Shown piece by piece: positions 40,800-50,645 of a stretch of 64,000 nucleotides of DNA (within the stretch, counting starts at the first letter, position 1; every line of letters starts with the position of its first letter). Under the pieces are notes generated by a model. It worked only from the letters and a program-made list of their open reading frames with translations. It made no database searches and was not told the DNA's origin. Made by a program: the position numbers and the translations under genes. The DNA is taken from positions 141,858-205,857 of the IMG/VR virus record IMGVR_UViG_3300046170_000519; one strand, given 5' to 3'.

Positions 40800-41249
40800 A
40801 TGGCTTTTTATTTAAATCAATTCCATTGCATAGGAAATTTAGTTGCCGATCCTGAAATTAAAAATGCTGGATCTACAAAAGTCTGTAAATTCAGAATTGC
40901 AGTTAATAATCCTCATAATGAATCTGCGTTATTTTTTTATGTGGATGTTTGGGGTAAAGAGGGAGAAAAATGTATGCTTCTCAAGAAAGGAGCTCAAGTC
41001 TTTATATCTAATGCTTCAATTATACCTAAGCAATACCAAAAAGACTGTAACGGAACTCCAGTCTCTTGCACAACATTCACCGTAAATGTGGACGGTTATT
41101 GCGGTAAGGTTCAATTTGGTCCAAAAACTGAGATCCCAAGCTCCAATAAAATATCAAAAAATAAAACTAATAAAATTAACAACCCAGCAGAAACAAAAGA
41201 AAGCGATGAAGAAGATTATTCCGATTTCGAGCAAGAATTTGAGTTTTAA
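40800..41249 (+). CDS. ssb: single-stranded DNA-binding protein
   Basis: IGNLVADPEIK, F.IAVN, VDVWGK, LKKG.QV OB-fold pattern; acidic tail ESDEEDYSDFEQEFEF. Confidence 0.85.
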   Translation: MAFYLNQFHCIGNLVADPEIKNAGSTKVCKFRIAVNNPHNESALFFYVDVWGKEGEKCMLLKKGAQVFISNASIIPKQYQKDCNGTPVSCTTFTVNVDGYCGKVQFGPKTEIPSSNKISKNKTNKINNPAETKESDEEDYSDFEQEFEF

Positions 41250-42502
41250 TCTTTATTCGAGGTTTTTCTCCAGTCCATAATCTCTTCTATTCTTTGAGGA
41301 AAAACTTTCTTTTTTTTCTCTTTTTTGTTTTCTTTTGAAAGATTTAAAACATCCAATTTATTCTCTGGGTTTTTAATGTCTGTAGTTCCAGCAGTTTCTT
41401 CGTTTATTTTATTCTTTAATTTTTTGTATGTTTTATTGACTCTTTCCTTGCTATTAATAAAAGATATTTGAGCCGCTAAAACTAATAAAATAGCCAAAGG
41501 ATCAAACACTAACATAATAATAATTATTATTACACGAACAGCTTGATCGGGAGATAGAGAAACAAATCCAGAATCATTTAAAGCTTCTAGAAAATATTTC
41601 AATGGCCCTATTTCGGTTTCCATTCGCCTAATGGTTTCCCCTAAATTGTTTTTTTCTTTTTTAAGTGAATCTATTCTTTCGAAGCTTGATCTTATATATT
41701 CATTGCATTCTTCTATTTCTTTTTGTTTTATATCTAAATTATTGTCTTTCAGTCGGATATTTTCTATAAATTGATTTATCCTAGAATACTCTTTGTTATA
41801 ATTTTCTCTATAGATTTTTATATTTTCATTATAAATATTTATTTTATTTTTAATTTCTTGTCTCTGTCCCTCTTGCTTTACTCTTAACTCCTCCAATAAC
41901 TTTTTTTTGTTAGAAAATAATCCGACCTTTTTACTTTCCAACTCTTTTATTTCAATGTCTAAAACTTCTTTAGATTTCTCTAGTCTGTTAATTCTTTCAA
42001 TTTCTATCTCAATATCATCTTTTAATTTTTTTGAAAGAGCATCTATTCTTGATTGTTCCCTATCTATCTCTTTTTGCTGAATATCTATTCCCACAACTTC
42101 CTTTTTTTCTAATTTTTCTATTTGATTTTTGTATTGATTTATTGAATTTTGCTCGTATTCAATTTGAACATTTAAGTTATCAATTAATGATAATTCTTGA
42201 TTAGCTTGACTTTTGTGTTCTATATGCGATTTACTTAAAAATCCAAATATACCTAAGCTGGTTATGCTCATTAAAACAAAAACAGCAAAACTGAAATACA
42301 ATTTCATTAAAAATTTTGTTTTTGCCCAATTCTTATGCAACCATAACACGGTTACCAACTTACCAACCTCAAGGGCTGCTCCCATTATAATTACCGAATA
42401 TTTAGAGCCTGGAAATATTGTCGATAAACCAAGTATACTAAAATAGCCACCTATAATAGATATAGATAATGCAGATAAAATAGTTAAAAAAAATATTTTC
42501 AT
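41246..42502 (-). CDS. phage membrane protein with long coiled coil (418 aa)
   Basis: Three N-terminal hydrophobic segments (YFSILGL, LEVGKLVTVLWLH, ITSLGIFGFLSK), a long heptad-rich middle, and C-terminal E.GPLKY...IIM.VFDPLAILLVLAA. Confidence 0.7.
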   Translation of the reverse strand: MKIFFLTILSALSISIIGGYFSILGLSTIFPGSKYSVIIMGAALEVGKLVTVLWLHKNWAKTKFLMKLYFSFAVFVLMSITSLGIFGFLSKSHIEHKSQANQELSLIDNLNVQIEYEQNSINQYKNQIEKLEKKEVVGIDIQQKEIDREQSRIDALSKKLKDDIEIEIERINRLEKSKEVLDIEIKELESKKVGLFSNKKKLLEELRVKQEGQRQEIKNKINIYNENIKIYRENYNKEYSRINQFIENIRLKDNNLDIKQKEIEECNEYIRSSFERIDSLKKEKNNLGETIRRMETEIGPLKYFLEALNDSGFVSLSPDQAVRVIIIIIMLVFDPLAILLVLAAQISFINSKERVNKTYKKLKNKINEETAGTTDIKNPENKLDVLNLSKENKKEKKKKVFPQRIEEIMDWRKTSNKD

Positions 42503-42511
42503 ACTCTGTTG

Positions 42512-42517
42512 TTACAC
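42512..42517 (-). promoter_or_regulatory. GTGTAA motif
   Basis: 9 nt upstream of ATG 42502. Confidence 0.45.
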
Positions 42518-42523
42518 TTTTTC

Positions 42524-42552
42524 TTGATTTTTATATGTTTATATGTTACTAT
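42524..42552 (+). promoter_or_regulatory. possible sigma70-type promoter TTGATT-N17-TACTAT (a TATAAT overlaps at 42550-42555)
   Basis: Lies 7 nt before ATG 42560. Confidence 0.4.
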
Positions 42553-42559
42553 AATTCTA

Positions 42560-42949
42560 ATGCCTTCTTATATATATAAACATCCTGAAGAAGAAAAATA
42601 TGTTGAAGTAATTCAATCAATGAACGAAGAGCATATATATTTTGACGAATCTGGCTTGCAATGGCAAAGAGTTTGGACCAATCCTCAGTTAAACACCGAA
42701 TCAAATATAGATCCTTTTAGTAATGTAGGTTTTATAGAAAAGACTGGAAAAATGAAAGGGTCCTATGGCGACATGATGGACTATTCAAAAGAGCTTTCTG
42801 AAAAAAGAAAATCTATACACGGAGGCATTGATCCTGTTCAGCAAAAATATTTTAAAGATTACTCCGCCAAAAGAAATGGAGCAAAACATGTCCACGAACT
42901 AAAGCAAGGAAAGTTTGAAAATAAAAATTTTAAAATATCATATGACTAA
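42560..42949 (+). CDS. hypothetical phage protein, FmdB-like N-terminus without Cys (129 aa; start revised from 42509)
   Basis: MPSYIYKHP.EE.Y.EVIQSM resembles the MPxYxY start of FmdB-like proteins. The extra 17 codons in the track run through the promoter region and a TTG. Confidence 0.55.
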   Translation: MPSYIYKHPEEEKYVEVIQSMNEEHIYFDESGLQWQRVWTNPQLNTESNIDPFSNVGFIEKTGKMKGSYGDMMDYSKELSEKRKSIHGGIDPVQQKYFKDYSAKRNGAKHVHELKQGKFENKNFKISYD

Positions 42950-43482
42950 TGAGTATATCAATATACAAACCTAATTCAAAAAATACAGGGTGCGCTTTTA
43001 GTTTTCGTTATGGAATTCAAAAAAATGGCGAACCTTGTTTATTTGTTAATTCTATAAAGCAGTATAGCTGGGATGATTCATCAAAGACTGGAAACTTTTC
43101 ATCGAATGCTAATGACCCATCCAAAAACTTATCTTTAAAGTTTAATGAATTTGAATGTGGTTCAATTATCAGTGCTTTAGTAAATCGTTATGAGTATAAC
43201 ACATTCCATAACTACGAACAAAACAAAACCACCATAAAATTTTCGCCATGGGATAAAGAAATAAAAGTAAGTTCCTTAGACTCAAAAACTAAAAAGTTCA
43301 TAGAGAAAAAACAAATACTACCTGCTTTTGGCATATCTATTACCCGTAACGGCTCTGATACTTTTAAAATTCCTATAGAACCTGGTGAAGTTGAAGTTAT
43401 TCGCTGTTTTATAGAGTCTATTATAAATAAAATAATTAATTTCAGAATTAAATCTCAAATAGATAATTTAAAAAAAGCTTGA
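42949..43482 (+). CDS. hypothetical protein (177 aa)
   Basis: TAATG stop/start coupling with the upstream gene; no family recognised. Confidence 0.6.
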   Translation: MSISIYKPNSKNTGCAFSFRYGIQKNGEPCLFVNSIKQYSWDDSSKTGNFSSNANDPSKNLSLKFNEFECGSIISALVNRYEYNTFHNYEQNKTTIKFSPWDKEIKVSSLDSKTKKFIEKKQILPAFGISITRNGSDTFKIPIEPGEVEVIRCFIESIINKIINFRIKSQIDNLKKA

Positions 43483-43507
43483 CTTTCTTTAGATTTTTTT
43501 CTATAAT
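43479..43507 (+). promoter_or_regulatory. sigma70-type promoter TTGACT-N17-TATAAT
   Basis: Near-perfect consensus; ATG 43514 follows the -10 box by 6 nt. Confidence 0.75.
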
Positions 43508-43513
43508 CACTGC

Positions 43514-44287
43514 ATGACTAAATCAAAAGCTTCCCTGCCTGATAACTCCTTTGGCCCTAAAAGCTTCGAAAGAGATGAAAATGGGCTTTTAAAAAATGTT
43601 CAATATACATTCAATGAAGACGGCTCTATCGACTGGAGAGCCATGGTAAGAGAAGAGCATTTATTTCCAAACAAAGCTTGGTTTGAAAGATTTAATAAAC
43701 CAATGCCAAAATCTATTAATGGATTAAAAGATCATCAATTATTAATAAAACTTTCTGGGATAAAAGAGTTAGCTAGATTAAGAGGTTTTAATTCTGTTTC
43801 CTATGAAACGGTTGCGTGCAATCATGACCATGTAGCAGTTAAATGTAAGATATCATTTATTGAAAACTACGAGACAAAAGAAATTGTTACATACGAAGAC
43901 ATGGCAAATGCAACAATAAATAACTGTAGTAGTTTTGCTGTAAAGTTTTTAGAAACTATTGCATGTAACAGAGCTTTTGTTAGAGCTGTTAGAAATTTTT
44001 TAAATGTCCATATTGTAGGTTTAGATGAAATGGATACATCTGAATCCAGCCAACAAAACAAAGCAGACCAACCCTCTTCACTTAATTCTTTCTCCATACA
44101 TTCAACTCTTGAAAAAGCAGCTAAAACCTCTTTAAACTGTAATGATTTTGATTGCTTTAAAGAATTTTTAGTTGATCTTAAAAATTCTAACGAATATATT
44201 AATAGCGATGCTCCAAATTGGAAAAGCTATACAGATATACCATCAAAAGAAGCTAGAATACTTTTGAAAATTTTAAAAAGTAATTAA
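43514..44287 (+). CDS. putative Rad52/Sak-like single-strand annealing protein
   Basis: GIKELARLRG, V.C.I.F, ED.ANA, then TIACNRAFVRAVRNFLNVHIVG.DE, which resembles the AxxRAxxRA helix of Rad52-like annealases; near ssb. Confidence 0.45.
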   Translation: MTKSKASLPDNSFGPKSFERDENGLLKNVQYTFNEDGSIDWRAMVREEHLFPNKAWFERFNKPMPKSINGLKDHQLLIKLSGIKELARLRGFNSVSYETVACNHDHVAVKCKISFIENYETKEIVTYEDMANATINNCSSFAVKFLETIACNRAFVRAVRNFLNVHIVGLDEMDTSESSQQNKADQPSSLNSFSIHSTLEKAAKTSLNCNDFDCFKEFLVDLKNSNEYINSDAPNWKSYTDIPSKEARILLKILKSN

Positions 44288-44634
44288 ATATATTTTTTGA
44301 TTAAGAAATATACTAAAACAGGATATGTAAAAAAAGAAACTATTGGTAAATAAACTGGACCGTTTAAATAATAACATAAAATTCCAGAAAAAATAGCTCC
44401 AACCCAATGACAAAAGCAAATAGGGCAAGTTAGCAACTCTCCTAAAATTCCCCAATTTTTATATACATATTCCTCAAAATCTGTCGGGGTATATATCATT
44501 ACTTTTCTTCTTCTCAAGCATAACCAAATCTTTAAAAATTTACATTTCAATGTCGTTGTTTGCCATGTGAAAATCCAATTTAAGGTTGCTATAAAACCTA
44601 ATATGTATATTTCTATAAATAATAAATTAATCAT
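44284..44634 (-). CDS. small membrane protein, DUF1360-like
   Basis: Hydrophobic segments flanking GELLTCPICFCHWVG. Confidence 0.55.
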   Translation of the reverse strand: MINLLFIEIYILGFIATLNWIFTWQTTTLKCKFLKIWLCLRRRKVMIYTPTDFEEYVYKNWGILGELLTCPICFCHWVGAIFSGILCYYLNGPVYLPIVSFFTYPVLVYFLIKKYI

Positions 44635-44666
44635 AATAATATTATGTATTATAAATGTATTCTTTT

Positions 44667-46208
44667 TTATTTCCAGTGTAATATTCCAGAGAATATACCG
44701 TAACCTTTATGTAAAACTCCTTTAGTCATTGCGTTTGGAGTTTTTGATAACATTGGATTATAATATCCAGGCCCCTTACCTGCTAAATTAAACTGAACAG
44801 AGTCTGCTACGAATGTTTGACCACAACCAACAGCTACTGGACCACAAGCTAATGTATACTCTGGATTAATATCGAAATCTGCACTTCCACCAATTCTAGG
44901 CTTCCAAGATTTACAATCTAATTCCTGATTAAAAATATTAGTTATTTCCCACTGATCTGCGCCGCTTAAAGTCAAACCTACTACCCCCGCATTCCATAAA
45001 CTAACAACTATCCCCCCTTCTCCAGCACCAACTCCAGTAGGAAAAGCTCCTATAGTTTCTGTTGAAAAACTTCTATTAACTGAACAAGTTTGATCTACAG
45101 CTCTAGTAGCTGGATTCACAAGATTAACTTGCTTTGCAGCATATGCCCCGCTATAAAATGTAAAATTAGTGAAATCGAAACAAGAAACAGAATCATCTAT
45201 GCAAAAATTTTGAGAAGTGTTGAATGTTTTAATTGATGATGAATTTTTAAATAGCGATCCGCTATACCCATTGGTTGCAGTAGTAAAATAACAATCATCT
45301 TTATAAAAATCTATTGCAGTGCAGACCCCACCTCCAAAATCTTCTTTAGAAAAATTTACTTGACCTGATGAATTTTCCTGAACTTCTATTTTGAATGCTC
45401 CTGAGTCTGTAGCTACATAACAAATATAATTTTCTCTATCACTTGCCATATCTGTAACATTTCCGCACGGTATAGTCTTTACTAGGCTCGAATTTAAATC
45501 TGATCCTTGACTTATTTTCACCATATCATAAATTAACACTCCTTTTCCAGTCTTTGAGCCAGGAAAATTTGTTCCCAATTCAGGCTGATATAGTTCTTTT
45601 TCAAAATCATTAGCTGGTTCGGGTGGCGGAGTGTATCCGCATGTACCAACTAATATATATTGACCAATTACTCCAACCCTGTAAGCTATTGCTCCAACAT
45701 TTTGAAGTAATGTACTATCATCTCCAGTTATTATATCATAAAACCCTACTCCCGCTTCCCCCATAGCATAAACAATAGTTTCTTGATGAAAAAATTCTGC
45801 CCCATAAATTCCATTAAAATCATCAAACCCATACCTCATGCCTTTTTCGTCCCCTCCCCAAAATTGCCCTAAACTTTTTAAAGCTCCGTCAAAAATCTGA
45901 TCTTCACCTGATCCATGTCCTCCACCAATGGTTGCTTTATGACTCATCGATCCTTCTTCTATTTTGTACAAAAAACCTCCAGATGATCCGCATGAAGCTA
46001 TTAAATGTTTTCCGTCCGATTTTAGGTCGTAAATAAAATTAGCATTTAAACTGCCTGAAGACTGTAAATCGTCATTCACCCTACTAGCGAAACTTGGTGA
46101 ATTTAAATAAGGTTGTGTTGAGGAAGCTGGGCTACCTAAATAATTTACAGCTCCACCTGTTACCCCATGTTTTTTACAAACACTACTACAGCAACACCCT
46201 AAAGTCAT
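44667..46208 (-). CDS. putative tail-associated protein, Gly/Cys-rich and beta-rich (513 aa)
   Basis: Last gene of the tightly coupled run downstream of the tape measure gene; short beta-strand/Gly repeats suggest a propeller (inference). Confidence 0.5.
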   Translation of the reverse strand: MTLGCCCSSVCKKHGVTGGAVNYLGSPASSTQPYLNSPSFASRVNDDLQSSGSLNANFIYDLKSDGKHLIASCGSSGGFLYKIEEGSMSHKATIGGGHGSGEDQIFDGALKSLGQFWGGDEKGMRYGFDDFNGIYGAEFFHQETIVYAMGEAGVGFYDIITGDDSTLLQNVGAIAYRVGVIGQYILVGTCGYTPPPEPANDFEKELYQPELGTNFPGSKTGKGVLIYDMVKISQGSDLNSSLVKTIPCGNVTDMASDRENYICYVATDSGAFKIEVQENSSGQVNFSKEDFGGGVCTAIDFYKDDCYFTTATNGYSGSLFKNSSSIKTFNTSQNFCIDDSVSCFDFTNFTFYSGAYAAKQVNLVNPATRAVDQTCSVNRSFSTETIGAFPTGVGAGEGGIVVSLWNAGVVGLTLSGADQWEITNIFNQELDCKSWKPRIGGSADFDINPEYTLACGPVAVGCGQTFVADSVQFNLAGKGPGYYNPMLSKTPNAMTKGVLHKGYGIFSGILHWK

Positions 46209-46489
46209 TACTCATTATTTTCTTGTTCTGCGACAGCTTCTGATGCAAGCACAACTATATTGTATTTATTTCCGCTATCATCACAATATTTTACTTTTCT
46301 AAATTTCATTGTTAGATCTTTATCTTCTGTGTCAGATTGCTTAAATTCAATATCTACAATTTGATCAGATCTTGCATCAAAATTTATATAATCTTCATGT
46401 GAAGACTCCATACCAAGTACGTAATTAGCGGCTCCACCTTTTTCCGATATGGATACATAATAACCCGCACTTGAACTCATTGGTTGCAT
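46208..46489 (-). CDS. hypothetical tail-module protein (93 aa)
   Basis: Coupled to both neighbours. Confidence 0.5.
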   Translation of the reverse strand: MQPMSSSAGYYVSISEKGGAANYVLGMESSHEDYINFDARSDQIVDIEFKQSDTEDKDLTMKFRKVKYCDDSGNKYNIVVLASEAVAEQENNE

Positions 46490-46490
46490 A

Positions 46491-49004
46491 TTATCTATTT
46501 AGTAAGTTTTTTATTCTTGATGTTGTAAATTTTCTATAGTCTCTTAATTTAGCTTTTTCAGAAAAAACATACGAAGCTGTTAATTTTCCATCCACTACAT
46601 TTATAGACATTGAATCAACATATTTTAAATTATCTGGAGTTATCTCTAACATTTCATTTACTAATGAAAAAGACATTTTTTGTATATACGGAACCCCATA
46701 CACTGCATCACCACATTCATAGTTATATTGTTGAATTAAATATTCACTATCTTGGTTTACTCTAACAAAAGAATTCTGGTTTTGATCTTCCATCCAGGAG
46801 TAATCAATTTTTGTATGTTTTGTTCCTCTATTTAGAAGCCAAGCATCCGAAGGAGGCTCTTCCCCCTGTTTCCAATTTGTTTTACAACCTGTCCATGAAC
46901 TCTTCCTATATACTATAGGTTGAGCCGCCATACGGCTTCTCTGAATCTCTGGGTCAGATTGATCCCAGGGCTGTCTTCTTCCATCTGATCCTACATTAGC
47001 TCTTTCATAATAAACACCAGTTTGTTTAGTTCCAGAATAATGAGCTGTTCCACCCGACGCTCTTCTTTCTTTTTGGCTCTGTATCGCATCTACAGCTGTA
47101 TTTAAAAAATCTTGAGCAACTTGTTTTAATTCTGTCTTATTTACACATGCAACTCCATTGAATCGTTCTCCTTCTTCAGCTCTTACGGAAGGAGATGTGT
47201 CTATTTTCGTCTCTAACCCTAAATAATTCACATCGCTTGCGTCTATGGTTGGCATTGGTAATGGCCCATAATCAATGGCAACAACACCTTGGGTGAAATT
47301 ATATTCATCATCATTTCCTCCTATACCTATTTGATCACCCACCGTAGTACCTTTATCAGCCGAACAGGCTACTCCCAATGACTCTATATCCGCAGTACCA
47401 GGAACAAACATTAATGAACCTCCACTAGTTGTGACCCAAGATCTTGACCCTAAAGGGGAATCGGCAGTCCCAAAATTTTCAAAACCAGCTGATTGCAGAT
47501 TTCCAAACATAGCACTTTCTCCATCAGTGTCTCCTTGAGCTGTTATATCTTTACCATCAATTGTAGAAGAATACCAAATTCTATCAGTATTCTGATAGGC
47601 GCATACATGACTATCTTCAGCTGTACCTGAAACACCCAGCTCCTGTCTTGCTCTTTCTAAAAAATCTGCACCTTTAAGTTTGTCATTTACATTTTTATAA
47701 TACGTTCCATCCATTCCATAAACTGTTCTAGCCCAATCACCATCTATCTCTTCAGCTTCTGAGCATACCACAGCAACTCCAAGCTCTTGAAAAACAGGAT
47801 GATCTCCAATCAGATACCAGGCTAGCTCTTTATCATCCGCCTCATCTCCAGCCGATAAAGAACTTGATAAATCAACATCATCGCTTATAAACCTTAATTT
47901 AGGCACAGCTCTAAAACTTCCTGAATCATTATAAGCTGGAGCTTCGTCTTCAATATCATAGTCCGTTTCTCTAGGATATCGCCCAGGTCTTCTGCTCAAC
48001 TTTTGATATGAATGAGACACAGCTAAAGAATAATCTGTTTCTATTGACGAAGAAATCGCATTATCAGGAACTGTAATCCCTTCATCCTCCATAGCTTCTA
48101 TTTTTCCACTTATTTCCGTAAAATCAAAATATTTTGCCCCCCAAAAAGAATTAGAAGTAAAACTTTTTCCAAAAGCATTACCGATCCCACTAAGAACATC
48201 TGCAAAAGTTCCAGCATCATTAAATAAGCCAGTAAACCCTTCTGCATTTTCTATTTCTATATTCAAGCCTGCATTATTTTTTAAAAACTCTTCTATTTCT
48301 CTTTTTAAACCTCTTTCCCCTGCTTTTACTATTGAGGTTCCCGCATTAAAACTATAATAAAAAGATCCATACTCAACATAAGGATGAGGTATTCCTGGCG
48401 TATGATTTTTCTTATACGAATCCCTAGAATAACCGTTTATTCCAGAAACGTTATCAAAGGATACTGATTTCCAGTTTCTGGTAACAATTGAGCCATCAAC
48501 CCTAACATAACCATATCCGTTATTTATTTTATGATACCTACTCCCTTTATGCCCCCATAAAAAACTTCTCTCCACAAGAACATCCCTTTGTCTTCCATCT
48601 AAATATCCACTCGTAGTACCCGTAACATTAAACCACTCTCTCCCTAATAACAAATCAGCAAATGATTCCGCTCCATTGTAACTATCTCCAGGAGCTACAA
48701 AAAATGAGTTAAACTTTAACCACACAGAATCTATAAAAGTGCATGTTGTAATTACTCCAGATGAAGATTTTGCTGTTTGTATAGATACTAACTCCCAGCT
48801 TTCAGAGTTCCCAAAATTAAGACCAAACTCTTCAACTTCCTTTAGTGCGGTTGAAGCTAATTCTTTATGTTGCTGAATTCCTGTTTCAGGATCTCCAATT
48901 AGGCTAATTTCTAAAGTAGGCCCATTACTTGGAGACATTGTTAAATTTATACCTTGAAATTTACTACAAAAAGCATCACTTTTCTTGATTACACAGCTAC
49001 TCAT
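46491..49004 (-). CDS. putative tail tip/hub protein (837 aa)
   Basis: Position after the tape measure and two tail-like genes; long acidic ORF. Function inferred from synteny only. Confidence 0.5.
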   Translation of the reverse strand: MSSCVIKKSDAFCSKFQGINLTMSPSNGPTLEISLIGDPETGIQQHKELASTALKEVEEFGLNFGNSESWELVSIQTAKSSSGVITTCTFIDSVWLKFNSFFVAPGDSYNGAESFADLLLGREWFNVTGTTSGYLDGRQRDVLVERSFLWGHKGSRYHKINNGYGYVRVDGSIVTRNWKSVSFDNVSGINGYSRDSYKKNHTPGIPHPYVEYGSFYYSFNAGTSIVKAGERGLKREIEEFLKNNAGLNIEIENAEGFTGLFNDAGTFADVLSGIGNAFGKSFTSNSFWGAKYFDFTEISGKIEAMEDEGITVPDNAISSSIETDYSLAVSHSYQKLSRRPGRYPRETDYDIEDEAPAYNDSGSFRAVPKLRFISDDVDLSSSLSAGDEADDKELAWYLIGDHPVFQELGVAVVCSEAEEIDGDWARTVYGMDGTYYKNVNDKLKGADFLERARQELGVSGTAEDSHVCAYQNTDRIWYSSTIDGKDITAQGDTDGESAMFGNLQSAGFENFGTADSPLGSRSWVTTSGGSLMFVPGTADIESLGVACSADKGTTVGDQIGIGGNDDEYNFTQGVVAIDYGPLPMPTIDASDVNYLGLETKIDTSPSVRAEEGERFNGVACVNKTELKQVAQDFLNTAVDAIQSQKERRASGGTAHYSGTKQTGVYYERANVGSDGRRQPWDQSDPEIQRSRMAAQPIVYRKSSWTGCKTNWKQGEEPPSDAWLLNRGTKHTKIDYSWMEDQNQNSFVRVNQDSEYLIQQYNYECGDAVYGVPYIQKMSFSLVNEMLEITPDNLKYVDSMSINVVDGKLTASYVFSEKAKLRDYRKFTTSRIKNLLNR

Positions 49005-50644
49005 TATACATACCCCTTGTAATATGTTCTACTTTGACTAAAACTACAATACTGAGAATTTTCATTAAAAGAGTTAGACTCTGTTTCTATATTACTATAG
49101 TAAGAGCCAAACAAGTCATTTTCAATAGATAAAAATTTTTCATCAGCTTTTTCTTTTAATTTATTTATAGCCTGATCTTTTGTTAAACTTTTATCTGTAT
49201 AATTTCCACTAACTTCTACAGAAACAGTTCCTACGGTTATCCCATGTTTTGTAACTATATATTTATCCATTCCACCTCCAAAATTCATATCAACAGAGTA
49301 TCTATCCACAACATCATTAATTTCACAACTTAAATTTAAATTTTTAAAATCTTGAACTTTTTCTTTGTTAGTAAAAGAGTAGGAGAAGGATATAACCCCA
49401 TTAGACTCCTGTTCATCTATTTGTCTGGATTCTGGTTCCTGATTTAAAGTAATTCCCGAAAAAATTAAATTTAAAGACTCTTGAGCTTCTTGATGAATCC
49501 AGCTTCCATAAGAACTTGAATCATATGGCTTATTTTCAAATTCATTTTTAACCATCGCCCATCTACTTTCATTTCTTCCACTAGCTGTAATCTCTCCATC
49601 TACAGAGACTTCAAATACTCCTCCCTCCTTTTCTGATATATCCACTGAGCTTTGAATGCCAATACCGCATGAATTTCTAAATGAATTTTTTTCAAAAGTC
49701 ATTCTAAATTTTATTAAATTAACTTCTTCAACTTCTGAAATTTGTATTTGTTGTGGGATGTCTGAATAATTTAAATCTGCAGTTTTTTCTATTAGCTTCT
49801 GATGAAAATCAATTTCTTTAAATTTTTCTTGAACATCTGAAAAATTAAATTCCATTCCTAATTGTAGACTGCCTGACAAATTTGCTGTCTGAATTTCCCC
49901 AAATGAATTAGCTTCATCTATTATTAAACTAAAAATTCCTAAATCATCATTACTAGATTCTTTATTAGCTAAAAAAGTTCTTTGAACATTAAAGTTGTTT
50001 TTTAATCTATCGATGGATTCAACCCTATTTATTGAATGTAAATTTAAACCATTAAACTCTTCTGGTAGATTTATATCTTGAGACTCAATTGATTGAACAA
50101 AATCTATAGCATTCTGTAAAGCGTTAGATATACTGGATTCATTATTTTGATTTATTCCTGAATAGTTTTTTGTGTTTAATCCATCAGCTGATATAGTTTG
50201 ATCAATAGTATAATTTCCGTTTTCGTCTCTGGATATCTCTATAGAGTTAATTGGTTGTGTAACACCATAAAACTCTTTATACATTAGTTCATCATAAGAA
50301 TGAATTTCTATTGAATAATTCAATACGCCAGCATAATTAGCTGCTGGAAAATCAATTTTAGCTATTTCAACAATTTTTCTTTCGAATATTATTTTAGAAC
50401 CATCTATTATTTTTAAATTCTTAAAATTTTCAGAAAAATTATCAATAATTTTATCTCTCTTTGATGATAGTGTTGATATTTTATCACAGCTGTCTGAGTT
50501 AATTAAACCATGCAAAATAACAATTTCTTTCATCCCAATTTTTTTTCCAAAAACAACGTTTTCGGATGAAAACTCAACTGATGGTGTAGCTATGGACTCA
50601 TCATTAAATATATTCTTATTATTATATAAAATTTCAACACTCAT
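49004..50644 (-). CDS. putative tail protein (546 aa), probably paralogous to the N-terminal part of 50646-53849
   Basis: Synteny; similar S/N/I/E-rich, repeated beta-strand character and similar N-terminal pattern. Confidence 0.5.
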   Translation of the reverse strand: MSVEILYNNKNIFNDESIATPSVEFSSENVVFGKKIGMKEIVILHGLINSDSCDKISTLSSKRDKIIDNFSENFKNLKIIDGSKIIFERKIVEIAKIDFPAANYAGVLNYSIEIHSYDELMYKEFYGVTQPINSIEISRDENGNYTIDQTISADGLNTKNYSGINQNNESSISNALQNAIDFVQSIESQDINLPEEFNGLNLHSINRVESIDRLKNNFNVQRTFLANKESSNDDLGIFSLIIDEANSFGEIQTANLSGSLQLGMEFNFSDVQEKFKEIDFHQKLIEKTADLNYSDIPQQIQISEVEEVNLIKFRMTFEKNSFRNSCGIGIQSSVDISEKEGGVFEVSVDGEITASGRNESRWAMVKNEFENKPYDSSSYGSWIHQEAQESLNLIFSGITLNQEPESRQIDEQESNGVISFSYSFTNKEKVQDFKNLNLSCEINDVVDRYSVDMNFGGGMDKYIVTKHGITVGTVSVEVSGNYTDKSLTKDQAINKLKEKADEKFLSIENDLFGSYYSNIETESNSFNENSQYCSFSQSRTYYKGYV

Positions 50645-50645
50645 T

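Noticed and set aside
42509-42559. 17-codon hydrophobic N-terminal extension from TTG 42509
   Set aside because: It runs through the predicted promoter and the opposite-strand GTGTAA site; ATG 42560 gives a more typical MPxYxY start.
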